Part shown: positions 9,106 through 19,246 of the stretch, piece after piece
Numbering within the stretch: the stretch's first letter is position 1
Layout: each line of letters begins with the position of its first letter
NCBI GenBank assembly: GCA_019828565.1
Contig: JAHDYR010000069.1
Location: 186,001-250,000 of the forward strand
Reading direction: 5' to 3'
Length of the DNA stretch: 64,000 nt
Origin: Carpediemonas membranifera BICM
Taxonomy: Eukaryota > Protista > Fornicata
Position numbers and translations under genes: made by a program
The notes under the pieces: model-generated
The model's database searches: none
Told to the model about the DNA's origin: nothing
Seen by the model: the letters and a program-made list of their open reading frames with translations, nothing else

Positions 9106-12100
9106 ATGATTCCAGCGCTTGAGAACGCGAGCCAAGAGCTTGTGCAGAAGTATTCCATTGCCTCTCTTATCGCACATGCTGTTTCCACTGGTCCTCACTT
9201 TGATTCCGCAGCGATTACGACTATTGAGAACATACGGCCCATAGTACACAGTCTTCCGCCCTATGCTCAGAACGCACTTGCTATCATGCTTTCTAAGATC
9301 CCATTCAGTGGCCGTATCGGCTCTTTCCTCCATGATCTGCCCTCTCAGCACGTGCCCATCGAGACGCCCATCGATGCCGAGTACCGGACAGCTTTCGAGC
9401 TCTACGCCGAAGCTTCCTGGCTCCACACCGACCCGTACGTCTTCCTCCTGACCCTCGTTCAGTCCCCACCCCACGCTATGCTCACCTCGCCCACGGAGGC
9501 TCCCGCGACGCTCAAGACGGTGCCCGTTCGCCTCAAGCTGGCAGCAATGTCGCGCATTCTCGACTATGCAGGACCGCCACCTCAGAACATGGAGCACGTG
9601 GTCAAGGCCTCAGTGACTTTTATCTTTGGCCTCCTCCGAGTGACGGCCAAGGCGCGGTCCTGCATTCCCACAGCAACGGACATCCTCTCCAAGCTCTGCT
9701 ACTCACCCCAGGCCAGGCGGAAGATCATAGCTCTTGCTCTAGCCCGGATGTTTCCCCAGGTAGACTCGATCGAACCCAGGCCCGTCGATTTATTACTCGC
9801 AGCGTCTGCCCTTCGAGCTATAGTCACTAGGGACGAGATGCACATGGTGACTGACCATCTACTGGCCCCGTCCGACCACTACTGGATCGACGAGATGAGC
9901 CGCACCGCCCCCAAAATCCTTGCAGAGACGATTGACTGCTTCATTTCTCTGCCGCGACCGCTCTTACCAGGTCAACCCACGACTCAAGCGACTCTGGCCA
10001 CACCCCTCGCACTGGTAGTCCAAGCTCGGTGGGGGCAGACGGCCCCGAGCATCGGCACTGACAACGTGTCAAACCTCTGCCAAGAGATGGCCCTCGCCGT
10101 GGCCCTCGCCGATGCGCTAGGCGGACACACTCAACAGCTCCTTGATTTACTTACGGCCATGTCCAATTTACATGGGTTTCCAGGCCTAGGCGGGTCGGTC
10201 CCGTGCCGGCGGGCCGAGGCAGGACCGGGGGGCCGAGCCAACTGCGTGGGCGCAGTCATCTCATGGGGCGGGGCGGGGCTCGGGGGCAGCGGGGTCATGT
10301 GGAACGTCAGTGCCAGACTCTGTTTTGAATTACTCGCAATGGCTGGGCAATCAAATGATGAGCGCGAGAAGATCCAGCTCGAAGCGGCTGCGAATAACCT
10401 TCTTGTGGCAAAGCCAGACACGGGCGGTAGCCTAGAATCTGACCAAGGGATGGCTATCGCGCTTGAGATCGTATCTATGCATCACGTGCCAGATTTTGTG
10501 GTCAAGACTGTAGTCGACCGAGCGGTCGCTGGTCTTCAGTCAGGACGTGCGAGCCCCGAGCTTTCAGCGTCTCTTGCACGTTTCATTATCCGTGAGCACT
10601 GGAACGCTGTTGAAACAGTCAAAATCCGCCAAGTATTCGGTCTAGAATCGCAGATTCACCCACCCTCCTTCTGGTACAATCCGGACCTGCTCACCCCCCA
10701 CCGTGAGCAGCTCATCGCCTCCCTCTCCCTCCTCCAGCCCATCCAGACCACCACGATGCTCCCCGCTGTCGCGATACTCTGCTCACGCGTCGCGATGGAC
10801 CAAGCCACTGCCTCTGAGAGCGAGGGCGGCCCGACAGACGAGGATAACTCCACTACAGCCGTGTGGAAGCCCCTGGTCGACGTTCTGGCCGACGCCGACT
10901 TCATCCTGCCAGCTGCTGTGGCAGGAGTGCTCCTCGCAGTAGTAGACGTCCCGTTCGTCAACCCTCCTGCGGCACCCAGGGAGGGGCTCGTGCTACAGGC
11001 CATGGGGAGCGTGCATAGGGCTGTGGTCGGGCTACACTGCGCGCTCGCTGGAAACGAGGCTGATCGAATTTGGGCGGCGCATGCAGTGGCGAAGATGGTG
11101 CATAGATCTCTAGAATCCTCTCTTGAGACTTCTCAGACGATCTCTGAATCTTTTTTTGAACCTGTGCCGAATCTACCCCTACCTCTCGTGTCAGATTCAC
11201 CAATTTACCAGGGCTCGGCCCATGATCTTTACCTCAACGTCCTCCTGGCCACCCCAGCTCTTGGAGCGGTCCACTTGCTACATGTAGTGACAGATCCGGA
11301 CGCCGTAGAGGCGCTATACACTGCTGTGGGCTTCCCAGCCGACAGGTTTCTTCGCGACTTGGTTGCTTTATCGTTTGCAATCATGTTTACCGATCAATTC
11401 CAGTATTTGATTACCACTAGTAGTCCGATCCAGTGGACGATCCCGGATCCAACTCCTGACTCCGTAACCACAATGCTTGACAACCTCTGCAATTGGGCGC
11501 GCCCCATCATTTCTGGCGATTGGGCACCGACAACGGTCGCATCTTTGATTCTTCCTGCAACATATAGCCTGGGTGAATCAAAACGTATCTTAGATCTCAG
11601 GGCATGTCTGGTCGATCTCATCCCAGACCCAGGATTCTATATGGTTGGCTACAGCGACCTCTATAAGCTCGCCGCTGACTCCGAATCCGGGCACACCATA
11701 CAAGATATCACTCCAATCTGTCAGATTGTCCCAGATCTTCTCCTCCAAGCGGAGATCCACCTTTCCTCCCTCCCGCCCCGCCATGCGAGTCCTCTCCTCT
11801 GCGCCATTCCCCCCTCACCCAGCGACGACTCTCCCACGCCGACCCTCTTCCGAGCTGGGCGATACATGCGACTTTTATTAACTTTATCTCAGAGTCTACC
11901 CGATGCGGTTACACCATGGCTTAATAAGCTGTTAGGGATCGTTGAGGTCGCGTGTCACCAGCCGCCTCTGGCCCAGCTTGGGCAGACGCTGCATCTCTCG
12001 CTCATTGACTCGCTATCCGGCAAGTTCAAGTCAAATGACTCATTGCCTCTCGAGGAGATGCTCGCCAACCCCGACTACTGTCGCCTTCTCACAGCTCTCG

Positions 12101-15100
12101 GACTGAACCTCGTCCTACCAACCCCAACAAGATCCAACGCCGTCTCCCTCGTCAGGTTCACCCATCCCAAGTACCACGGGCAAATCAACACTGGGAGTGA
12201 TATTGACGCCCACGCCTTCGTACAGCATCTAGTGCGAGAGCTGAGGAGGATGCCCGACCCCCTCAAGCTCGTCACACTGACATGCTTGGCCGAGTTGCTC
12301 GTGACACCCCAGTGGGTCAAGGCGCTGAGTCGCACCACCTCTGCTGCTGCCCGTATGGGCGGTATTCCTGCGTCTCCCGGCGCCATTCTCATGGCACCTG
12401 AGTCGAACGACTGTGTTAGACTGCTCGTAACTGAACTTGGGTCAATATCCGCAGCGGCGCTCAGACCTGTCGCGTCAAAGTGCCTCGCATGTCTTGGCCC
12501 GATCCCGCCAGCCCCGCAGCCCAGGTTTGTCCCTGATTTCGCCCGTACTCGCCTCTCTGACCGCACCGTGGCCCTAGTCGCATATCTCATCGCCAACCCT
12601 CTCACCGACCTTTTCACTGCGGGCAACGACGACCCCGAACTCCGCTTCCTCACCCAGGAGCTCGTCTCTACCTCTCCTTCCGCCTGCCCCGAGATCCTAG
12701 CGCCGTTCAAGGTCTCTCGGTTCGTGGTGACGGACGAGGGGCCTTTACTCGAGTCTGGGCAAAGGGATTTGCTCTCCATGCCGGCCGGTCTATGGGCACT
12801 CGACGTACTCGCTGACAACGGGGTGGGACTCGCCCCCGCAGAGCTCATCACCAGGCCGGCGTTGAGACAGCTCGGTAGCAACGAGGCGATGCTTCCAGTG
12901 ATCCAGCCGATGTTGCTGTGTCAGACCTCGATGATACACACCCTGGGTGAGCGGGCAGAGCACTTCGACTCACTGTTCAAAGACCTCGACGCGGTGTTAG
13001 TCCCACACCATGGTCGACCGTCACACGTGACACAGCTTGCGATCGACACCTTGCTCGCCCTCGAAGAAGTCACCGAGCCCCCACCACCGATCAACAGGAA
13101 CAGGCTCAGGACCCGTAGACGAGCCCCTATAAGCCCAGCCAGACTAGCCGAGGCGTGTTTCGCCAACAACAAGCTCTCAGACGCTTTCCGGCTCCTAGTT
13201 ATGAGCTCGGGCCAGCACTCAAACCTCTTCATCCCCGGACCAGAGCCGGGCGGCCTGGACGACGAGTCTATGCTCGAAGAGGAGACGGAAACTCTCACAC
13301 AGAGTCTGGACACCCACGCCCTGGCTGTGAGGATCAGCGAGGCCCTGGATAGAGTGGATACGCGGCCGTTTATGACGGCGTTGGAGACTTGGGAGCCGCT
13401 CGTGGAGGCGGGGCATACCGCGCCGCTTAGTGGGCCGCTCAGCTTTGTTTCTGACTTGCATAAGGCGCTTTACCCTGATTCACCGGCTAGTGTGTTAGAT
13501 TTTGTCAACATTTCGCAGTCACCACTCGCCCTTTCAGTCCACGAGGAACTAGCCGAGCTCCAGAAAGCCCTAGGCTACAGTAGCTCGGCCAATGACGGCG
13601 GGAGGAGTACCAGCCTGACACTGGCAGAGCTTGAGGACGTCTGGGCAGCACGGGCTGCTATCGTGGGAAGACACTCAGCGGTCAACCACGCGATGCTCGC
13701 CCGGTCCCGCGTTGCAATGGTCAGTAGGATCGTCGACCAGTCTGAATGTCTGAAGAGCGAGCTATTCACCCACATTGTCACAAGTGCCTCGAAAAGTTTG
13801 CATGTGTTGGGGCTCGAACGCGAGGCCTATGACCTTTGCTGCCTTTCAACAGTCCAACAAGACCCTCCTCTATTGTTCCAAATGGCCATGTCCGCGCCCA
13901 TCCAGGACAGGGCCGAGCTTCTGAGTGCTCTGATCGACAACCCCGCGACAGTAACCTCTCTGAAAGCCAAGGCCGCACTTAAGCTGGCCCAACTCAGTAC
14001 GTCCCGCCAGAATTCCTACTCTACCACGAACGCGGACTTCAAGCGGGCCTCCAGTTACTGCGAGGTCGGGGGTGACCCCGCCCAGCTCGGGCTTGTCTGC
14101 TTCTGCCATGCCTGCGCCTGCCAAGACCATCTTCACGAGATTTGCCGCACAATCAAGTCTGAGATCGAGCAAAAGCAGCTATCGAGCCACGAAAAGTGGT
14201 CTGGCCGCCTCCGCTCGCTCCGTGATGACGCCTCGGCCCAATTCTCAACCGCTGTCCAGCAATTTATCAAGGCCGCCACGCTGCATGAGCCCATAGCCCT
14301 CCAGTCAATCTCCCGAATGATTCTGACACTCTCGGAGACCCTGGACATCAAGACGTTCGGCCTGACCAACGAGGCTCTCTGGATCCCCCAGGGAAGGGTA
14401 TCGACCGTCACATCCTCGATCTCGGTCGCCCCACACCTTTTACTGAGGACTATGGCACCTCTTATCGGTCTGCTCGGCAACACGTGCTACAACAGGATGC
14501 TGTGCGACTGTGCATGTCGTCTCATGGCCGAGGTCGGTCTCAAGTTCCCCCAACAGGTGGCTTGGGCGATTCATGGGACCCTCCACTCGAAGGCACCGCC
14601 CGGAGCTCGGTCTGAGATCGCCATACGGCAAGCCACGGCCTGTTCAAACGCCGAAGGGGTGATAAGACGGCTCATTAGTGCTGGCGGGCGCGACTCCGGG
14701 GCTGTGCAGGCTCATATCACCGCAGTTACCGGCCTCATACAGAAGATCACGGGCTTCCAGAGCTCCAGGGCGATGAACAAGAGCTCTAGGCCCCATGTCG
14801 ACCACAGACTCATGCTCCACAACCGAATCCAGCCCGGACAGGTCCCCATTCTCGTCCCGTCGTTCACAGCAATGTATCCTTCTGGGACTGTGCATGAACT
14901 GGTACAGCATGATGACTTGCTGCTATTCCCCTGTGTGTCTAGGCTGAAGTTCAGTGGCGTACAGTCAATGCAGAGTCTACGGGCGCCGATCACACTGCCC
15001 TTTGAGGCGCACGACGGCTCAGTTGTCACTTTCTTGGCAAAGACGAGGGATGATCTCCGTATAGATTCCCGTATCTGCGTACTAATGGATGTAATCAACG

Positions 15101-15978
15101 ACTGTCTCAAGTCGAGCCGACCCCCCTCTCTCGCCGGCCGGCACGTCGTGTTCAACCCCTACTTTGTCTGCCATTTTGGTGACCAGGCGGTTCAGGTTGA
15201 CGCCCACCGTTACGAGAAGGGCGGGCTCATTGAGTTTATGAGAGGCTGTGTCCAGCTTCGAGAGGCTATTGCTGAGGGCTTTGAGTACGCCCCCTATGGG
15301 CCTGGTGGCCTGCGTGTGAAGCAAAACGCGTTTATGGCCCTTTGTAAGAGCAACTTTTTGTCATCGCGGGACGGTCACGCCAAGGAAGAGTCGAAACGAG
15401 TCGCAAACTTCAAGGCCTTGACAACTCCTCCCGGTGAGTGTGCTCCAGCATTCCGTCATTTTTTCCTGCATAATTTCTTGTCCGGCACTTCTTTTGTTGA
15501 GGCAGTTTGGGCTTTCACCCGAACCATCGCAATCTGGTCCGTCCTGGGCTGGATAATGGGCTTGGGCGATCGCCACGTCGAGAACATCCTCCTCAACCGA
15601 GACAGCGGCGCGGCATGGCACATTGACTTCGACTGTTGTTTCAATAGAGCTGTAATGCTCGCCGTGCCGGAAACTGTCCCGTTCAGAATGACGCCGAATA
15701 TCGTTGATGCAATGGGGCCGGGCGGACTCACGCGCGTGTCACGTTCAATGGCTGATTTTGTCAGATTGCTCCAGAAATACAGGGAGAGGGTCGTGAACAT
15801 GCTTCGAACGTTCCAGGACGACCCTGCATGGAGTACCAACCTCAGGGGTGCTGTGGACGCCGCTGTGGACCGTCTGGACTGCAGAGATCCGGACACGCGA
15901 TGCAGGGAGCTAATCAATGTGGCGAGAGATCCGGTGAACCTTACGCTGATGTTCCAAGGGTGGCAGCCTATTTTATGA
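9106..15978 (+). CDS. ATR: PIKK-family kinase, ATR/Mec1-like
   Basis: K.RDDLR.D, GLGDRHVENILL..SG...HIDFDCCF, VPETVPFRMT and the FATC end NLTLMFQGWQPIL. The kinase motif pattern resembles ATR more than TOR or ATM. Confidence 0.8.
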   Translation: MIPALENASQELVQKYSIASLIAHAVSTGPHFDSAAITTIENIRPIVHSLPPYAQNALAIMLSKIPFSGRIGSFLHDLPSQHVPIETPIDAEYRTAFELYAEASWLHTDPYVFLLTLVQSPPHAMLTSPTEAPATLKTVPVRLKLAAMSRILDYAGPPPQNMEHVVKASVTFIFGLLRVTAKARSCIPTATDILSKLCYSPQARRKIIALALARMFPQVDSIEPRPVDLLLAASALRAIVTRDEMHMVTDHLLAPSDHYWIDEMSRTAPKILAETIDCFISLPRPLLPGQPTTQATLATPLALVVQARWGQTAPSIGTDNVSNLCQEMALAVALADALGGHTQQLLDLLTAMSNLHGFPGLGGSVPCRRAEAGPGGRANCVGAVISWGGAGLGGSGVMWNVSARLCFELLAMAGQSNDEREKIQLEAAANNLLVAKPDTGGSLESDQGMAIALEIVSMHHVPDFVVKTVVDRAVAGLQSGRASPELSASLARFIIREHWNAVETVKIRQVFGLESQIHPPSFWYNPDLLTPHREQLIASLSLLQPIQTTTMLPAVAILCSRVAMDQATASESEGGPTDEDNSTTAVWKPLVDVLADADFILPAAVAGVLLAVVDVPFVNPPAAPREGLVLQAMGSVHRAVVGLHCALAGNEADRIWAAHAVAKMVHRSLESSLETSQTISESFFEPVPNLPLPLVSDSPIYQGSAHDLYLNVLLATPALGAVHLLHVVTDPDAVEALYTAVGFPADRFLRDLVALSFAIMFTDQFQYLITTSSPIQWTIPDPTPDSVTTMLDNLCNWARPIISGDWAPTTVASLILPATYSLGESKRILDLRACLVDLIPDPGFYMVGYSDLYKLAADSESGHTIQDITPICQIVPDLLLQAEIHLSSLPPRHASPLLCAIPPSPSDDSPTPTLFRAGRYMRLLLTLSQSLPDAVTPWLNKLLGIVEVACHQPPLAQLGQTLHLSLIDSLSGKFKSNDSLPLEEMLANPDYCRLLTALGLNLVLPTPTRSNAVSLVRFTHPKYHGQINTGSDIDAHAFVQHLVRELRRMPDPLKLVTLTCLAELLVTPQWVKALSRTTSAAARMGGIPASPGAILMAPESNDCVRLLVTELGSISAAALRPVASKCLACLGPIPPAPQPRFVPDFARTRLSDRTVALVAYLIANPLTDLFTAGNDDPELRFLTQELVSTSPSACPEILAPFKVSRFVVTDEGPLLESGQRDLLSMPAGLWALDVLADNGVGLAPAELITRPALRQLGSNEAMLPVIQPMLLCQTSMIHTLGERAEHFDSLFKDLDAVLVPHHGRPSHVTQLAIDTLLALEEVTEPPPPINRNRLRTRRRAPISPARLAEACFANNKLSDAFRLLVMSSGQHSNLFIPGPEPGGLDDESMLEEETETLTQSLDTHALAVRISEALDRVDTRPFMTALETWEPLVEAGHTAPLSGPLSFVSDLHKALYPDSPASVLDFVNISQSPLALSVHEELAELQKALGYSSSANDGGRSTSLTLAELEDVWAARAAIVGRHSAVNHAMLARSRVAMVSRIVDQSECLKSELFTHIVTSASKSLHVLGLEREAYDLCCLSTVQQDPPLLFQMAMSAPIQDRAELLSALIDNPATVTSLKAKAALKLAQLSTSRQNSYSTTNADFKRASSYCEVGGDPAQLGLVCFCHACACQDHLHEICRTIKSEIEQKQLSSHEKWSGRLRSLRDDASAQFSTAVQQFIKAATLHEPIALQSISRMILTLSETLDIKTFGLTNEALWIPQGRVSTVTSSISVAPHLLLRTMAPLIGLLGNTCYNRMLCDCACRLMAEVGLKFPQQVAWAIHGTLHSKAPPGARSEIAIRQATACSNAEGVIRRLISAGGRDSGAVQAHITAVTGLIQKITGFQSSRAMNKSSRPHVDHRLMLHNRIQPGQVPILVPSFTAMYPSGTVHELVQHDDLLLFPCVSRLKFSGVQSMQSLRAPITLPFEAHDGSVVTFLAKTRDDLRIDSRICVLMDVINDCLKSSRPPSLAGRHVVFNPYFVCHFGDQAVQVDAHRYEKGGLIEFMRGCVQLREAIAEGFEYAPYGPGGLRVKQNAFMALCKSNFLSSRDGHAKEESKRVANFKALTTPPGECAPAFRHFFLHNFLSGTSFVEAVWAFTRTIAIWSVLGWIMGLGDRHVENILLNRDSGAAWHIDFDCCFNRAVMLAVPETVPFRMTPNIVDAMGPGGLTRVSRSMADFVRLLQKYRERVVNMLRTFQDDPAWSTNLRGAVDAAVDRLDCRDPDTRCRELINVARDPVNLTLMFQGWQPIL

Positions 15979-16471
15979 TCCTATTACTGTACTCTTATAA
16001 ACCAGCATTTTTTATAGACTGAGAGACGCTTCTTCCGACTTTGCGGTTAGCTGAAATAGTGTCCTCAGTGGAGTGTAAGCGATAAGTGGAAGGCAGGAAG
16101 CACTTTGTCATTTGACGCTGACATGGTATCTTGGATTCGAATACTGCATACGGGCGCTAATGTAGTGTATGCCGTGACCAGGTGCCAGGAGAATCTCAGT
16201 GTGGATGTGGAGACGCGTCTAATGTGGTGATCGCCACGGTGGAAACATGCTGTCTGTTGTGTGGTTGTGCTACAAACGGTGTCGTCTAGCTGTGAAGCGA
16301 TAGTTTTGTGTCTTAAAGTGCGGTGGCCATGGTGGAGACACAGCCGTTGGGGTAGAAGTAGTTCTGCCGTTGAGGTGCTGATTGTAAACATCCGTGTTGA
16401 GTTTGCGATGCTAATCAATTGATTGGGCACTAAACTGCGAATTGACGAGCTGCTCCGAAACACAGCGAAAG

Positions 16472-19044
16472 ATGAGGTTTGTTGCTCAATGAAGAAAATT
16501 TTATTCAGTTTTGGTCAGTTTGGTTCTGGATCGTCTTTTTCGTTTGGCGCAAACACCGCTAAACCTCAAGGCGCCGCAACACCCACTTTTGGCGCTCCTG
16601 CTGGCGGCCTCGGCAGCACACCTGCACCGGGAAATACCGGTTTCGGTGCTCAGCCCTCTTCTGGCGCTACTACTACTGGTTTCGGCGCTCCCGCGAGCAA
16701 CACGCCAACAAACACAGGATTTGGCCAATCCACAGGCTTCGGTGCCCAATCCACCGGGTTCGGTGCCTCTGCCGGCACTGCTGGTACTAGCACCGGCTTT
16801 GGCGGCTTTGGTGCAAGCGCTCAGAAGCCCGCTGGAACCGCAGGCTTCGGCGCGCCAGCCGCCGGCGCTTCCACCACGACGGGCTTCGGTGCGCAGGGTT
16901 CTGGATCCACCGGCTTTGGTGCCAAGCCCACTGGTACAAGCGGGTTTGGCTCCACAGCCACGACCCGGTCTACGACTGCAGGCTTCGGCAGCACCACTGG
17001 ATTCGGCAGCACGGCCACCCAGCCAGGCGCCACCGGCCTTGGTGCAGCCCCCGCCAAGACTGGCTTCGGCCTCTCCTCCTCAACAACGGGCTTCGGCGCC
17101 TCTTCCGCCGGCTTCGGGGCATCATCAGCCAACACTGCCGCCCCAGCCGCTGGGTCCACAGGCTTCGCTAATGCCCAGGTTGTTCAAAAGGAAATGCAGC
17201 AACCCGCGGCGCCGCCGATCATTGCATTCAACGAGCTGCCCGCCCAGGCCCCGATCACCACAACCGTGAAACCAGCCATCCCAGAGGCCAAGGTGACACC
17301 GTCCGGCACCCCCAAGGACACCCTCGTCAGTCTCACTGCCCGACTCGTCTCATCATCGCCCAAGCCTCCGGAAAAGAAGTCTGGTCTCGGCCGGGGCAGG
17401 TCGACCTTTCTCCCACGTAAGTCCGTTCGAACTGCTCTACCTGAAGACAGGCTCGATATTCGCTCACCACTTGTGGTCGGCACACCCAAGCCCCCGATCG
17501 CCCAGCATCCTCTCGAGCCCGACTCGCCCCTAGGCACCCTGCCCATGGAGGACTACGCTCTCACGCCGTCTTTCCTTGACAGCGTGCAGTCGCCCCAAGC
17601 TACTATCAGCACCAAGGACAGCCGCGGGTCGGATTTTGAGCTGGCGGGGAGGTCCAGCTCGATCAAGGCCTCCCCGCGTGACTCGCCCACAGTCGAATTC
17701 GGATTTACTACGGTTCGTAAAGCTGGGTGGATCGACCCAGCGATTTATCAGAGAGGAGAAGGGCTCACACGGATTCTACATAACAGAAGACGGCCGTCTT
17801 TTGCCGGAGACCACTTGGCTATCCCTTTTGTATCGCGTGAAAAGGTTGGAAGTGTCATCACGGTCTGCCCGATCGATATGAGATCATCAAAACTGACTGA
17901 TGAAGACACTGACACCATCCTCCATCAAATCGCAAACCACGCAGGCCAGGCCCAGGCTCTCACCCACCGTTCGGCTGAGGTCATTCTCCAGGAGTCCGAG
18001 CATGCCGTGAGTGACGATTCCTCGTCCAGCGGCGTGCCTCTCCCAGCCCTCCTGAGCCTGCTCTCCCGTCTCTTCGGCCACGGACCCCGGGCAGAGTCGG
18101 TTCGACTCGAGAGAGACGCGACCAAGGCTGCCGAGTCTTTCGAGAAGAGTCTGAAACCCGCTGAACGTCGGGCACGGAAGAGAGCACTGCAGGCTTGGTT
18201 CAAGATGGTGCGACCCGACGTGCCGATGCTCATGCCCTGTGCTGCCGGGGCGGCCCTGAACGGGGTTGACGGGCTCAGAGAGCTCATTGGCAAGCATGTC
18301 TCCCAGCACGAGTTCTCGGCCGCCATGCGTCTGGCAGCACACAGTGCGGACGCCACTACGGCGCGAGACCTGGTCGTTGCTCAAGAAGGTGCCAAGCCAG
18401 ACGACCCAGACGCTGCCTATCTTGCCACACACCTTCCGCCCCTCCTCGAGGGCGAAACTGACATCCTTCAGAACCTGGGCGCGTACATCGCCGCCAGTGG
18501 TCTTGAGTCTGTCGGGTCAGCCCTGGCACTTTATGATCGGGCCGTGGACGAGACGGCCGGCCTGCCCGAGGCTGTGGCCTCACCTGTAGTCCCGTACGGT
18601 CCTGCTGTCTCTGCAGTTTATGCCCTGCTTGCTGCGTACGCGGGCAAGACTGACGGAGCAGAGGTCAGCGCCCTGAGCTTCGCGGATTCCCCCCTTGATG
18701 CCCGCATGCCGTTTATCGCAGACACGCTCCTCCGCACCCTTGGCGTCTACCGCGACGAGCCGGCCTCCCAGCGTGCCTATGCGCTCTTTGCCGCGTGTGA
18801 GACGCCTCATGACTGGGTATGGGCCACCATGGCTACTGCCCTGACCTGTAAGGACGCTGGCGCCAAGTGGGGTGTGATTTTGGAGACGGTCACCAGAGAG
18901 CTCGGCAAGCTCAGTCCTGCGGAAGGCAGCGAGGCTGTGGCGCGACTGGCTGCGCTTGGTGTGCCGCGGGAGCTGGTAGTGCAGGCGGTGCAGACGGAGG
19001 TTGACAGCGCCACCGCCCTGCTGGAACGGCCATTGGTCGTGTAA
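16472..19044 (+). CDS. NUP98: FG nucleoporin, compact Nup98-96-like (exons 16472-16476, 16509-19044)
   Basis: Many (T/G)GFGA/S repeats in the N-terminus. The C-terminal SALSFADSPLDARMPF..LLRTLG..DWVWA resembles Nup96. Removing a 32-nt intron gives an MSFGQFG start. Confidence 0.72.
16477..16508 (+). other. Spliceosomal intron, 32 nt
   Basis: GTTTGT...TTTATTCAG; joins ATG-AG to T-TTT-GGT in frame with the long ORF. Confidence 0.75.
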
Positions 19045-19246
19045 ACTGGGTAAAGACGTAAATAAGAGGATAATGGTGTTTTGCTGATGGCAGTCGGGAC
19101 TCTGTCGGGACTCAGGATCTGGATGCCATGTTCTGACTCGATTCGACTCGAGCGGCTTCAATCACCCTCGAAAACTCACCCCAAGTTTCAGCACTGTATA
19201 TTTATCAATAACGAAAACGAATATAGGACATCAAACACCGTGACCC

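Noticed and set aside
8940-9188. Apparent overlap of the PRP8 and ATR 5' ends
   Set aside because: PRP8 homology starts near ATG 8939. The genes are simply head-to-head, about 165 bp apart.
16510-17170. Repetitive GGCTTCGG DNA as a tandem repeat or array
   Set aside because: Explained by the encoded FG repeats.
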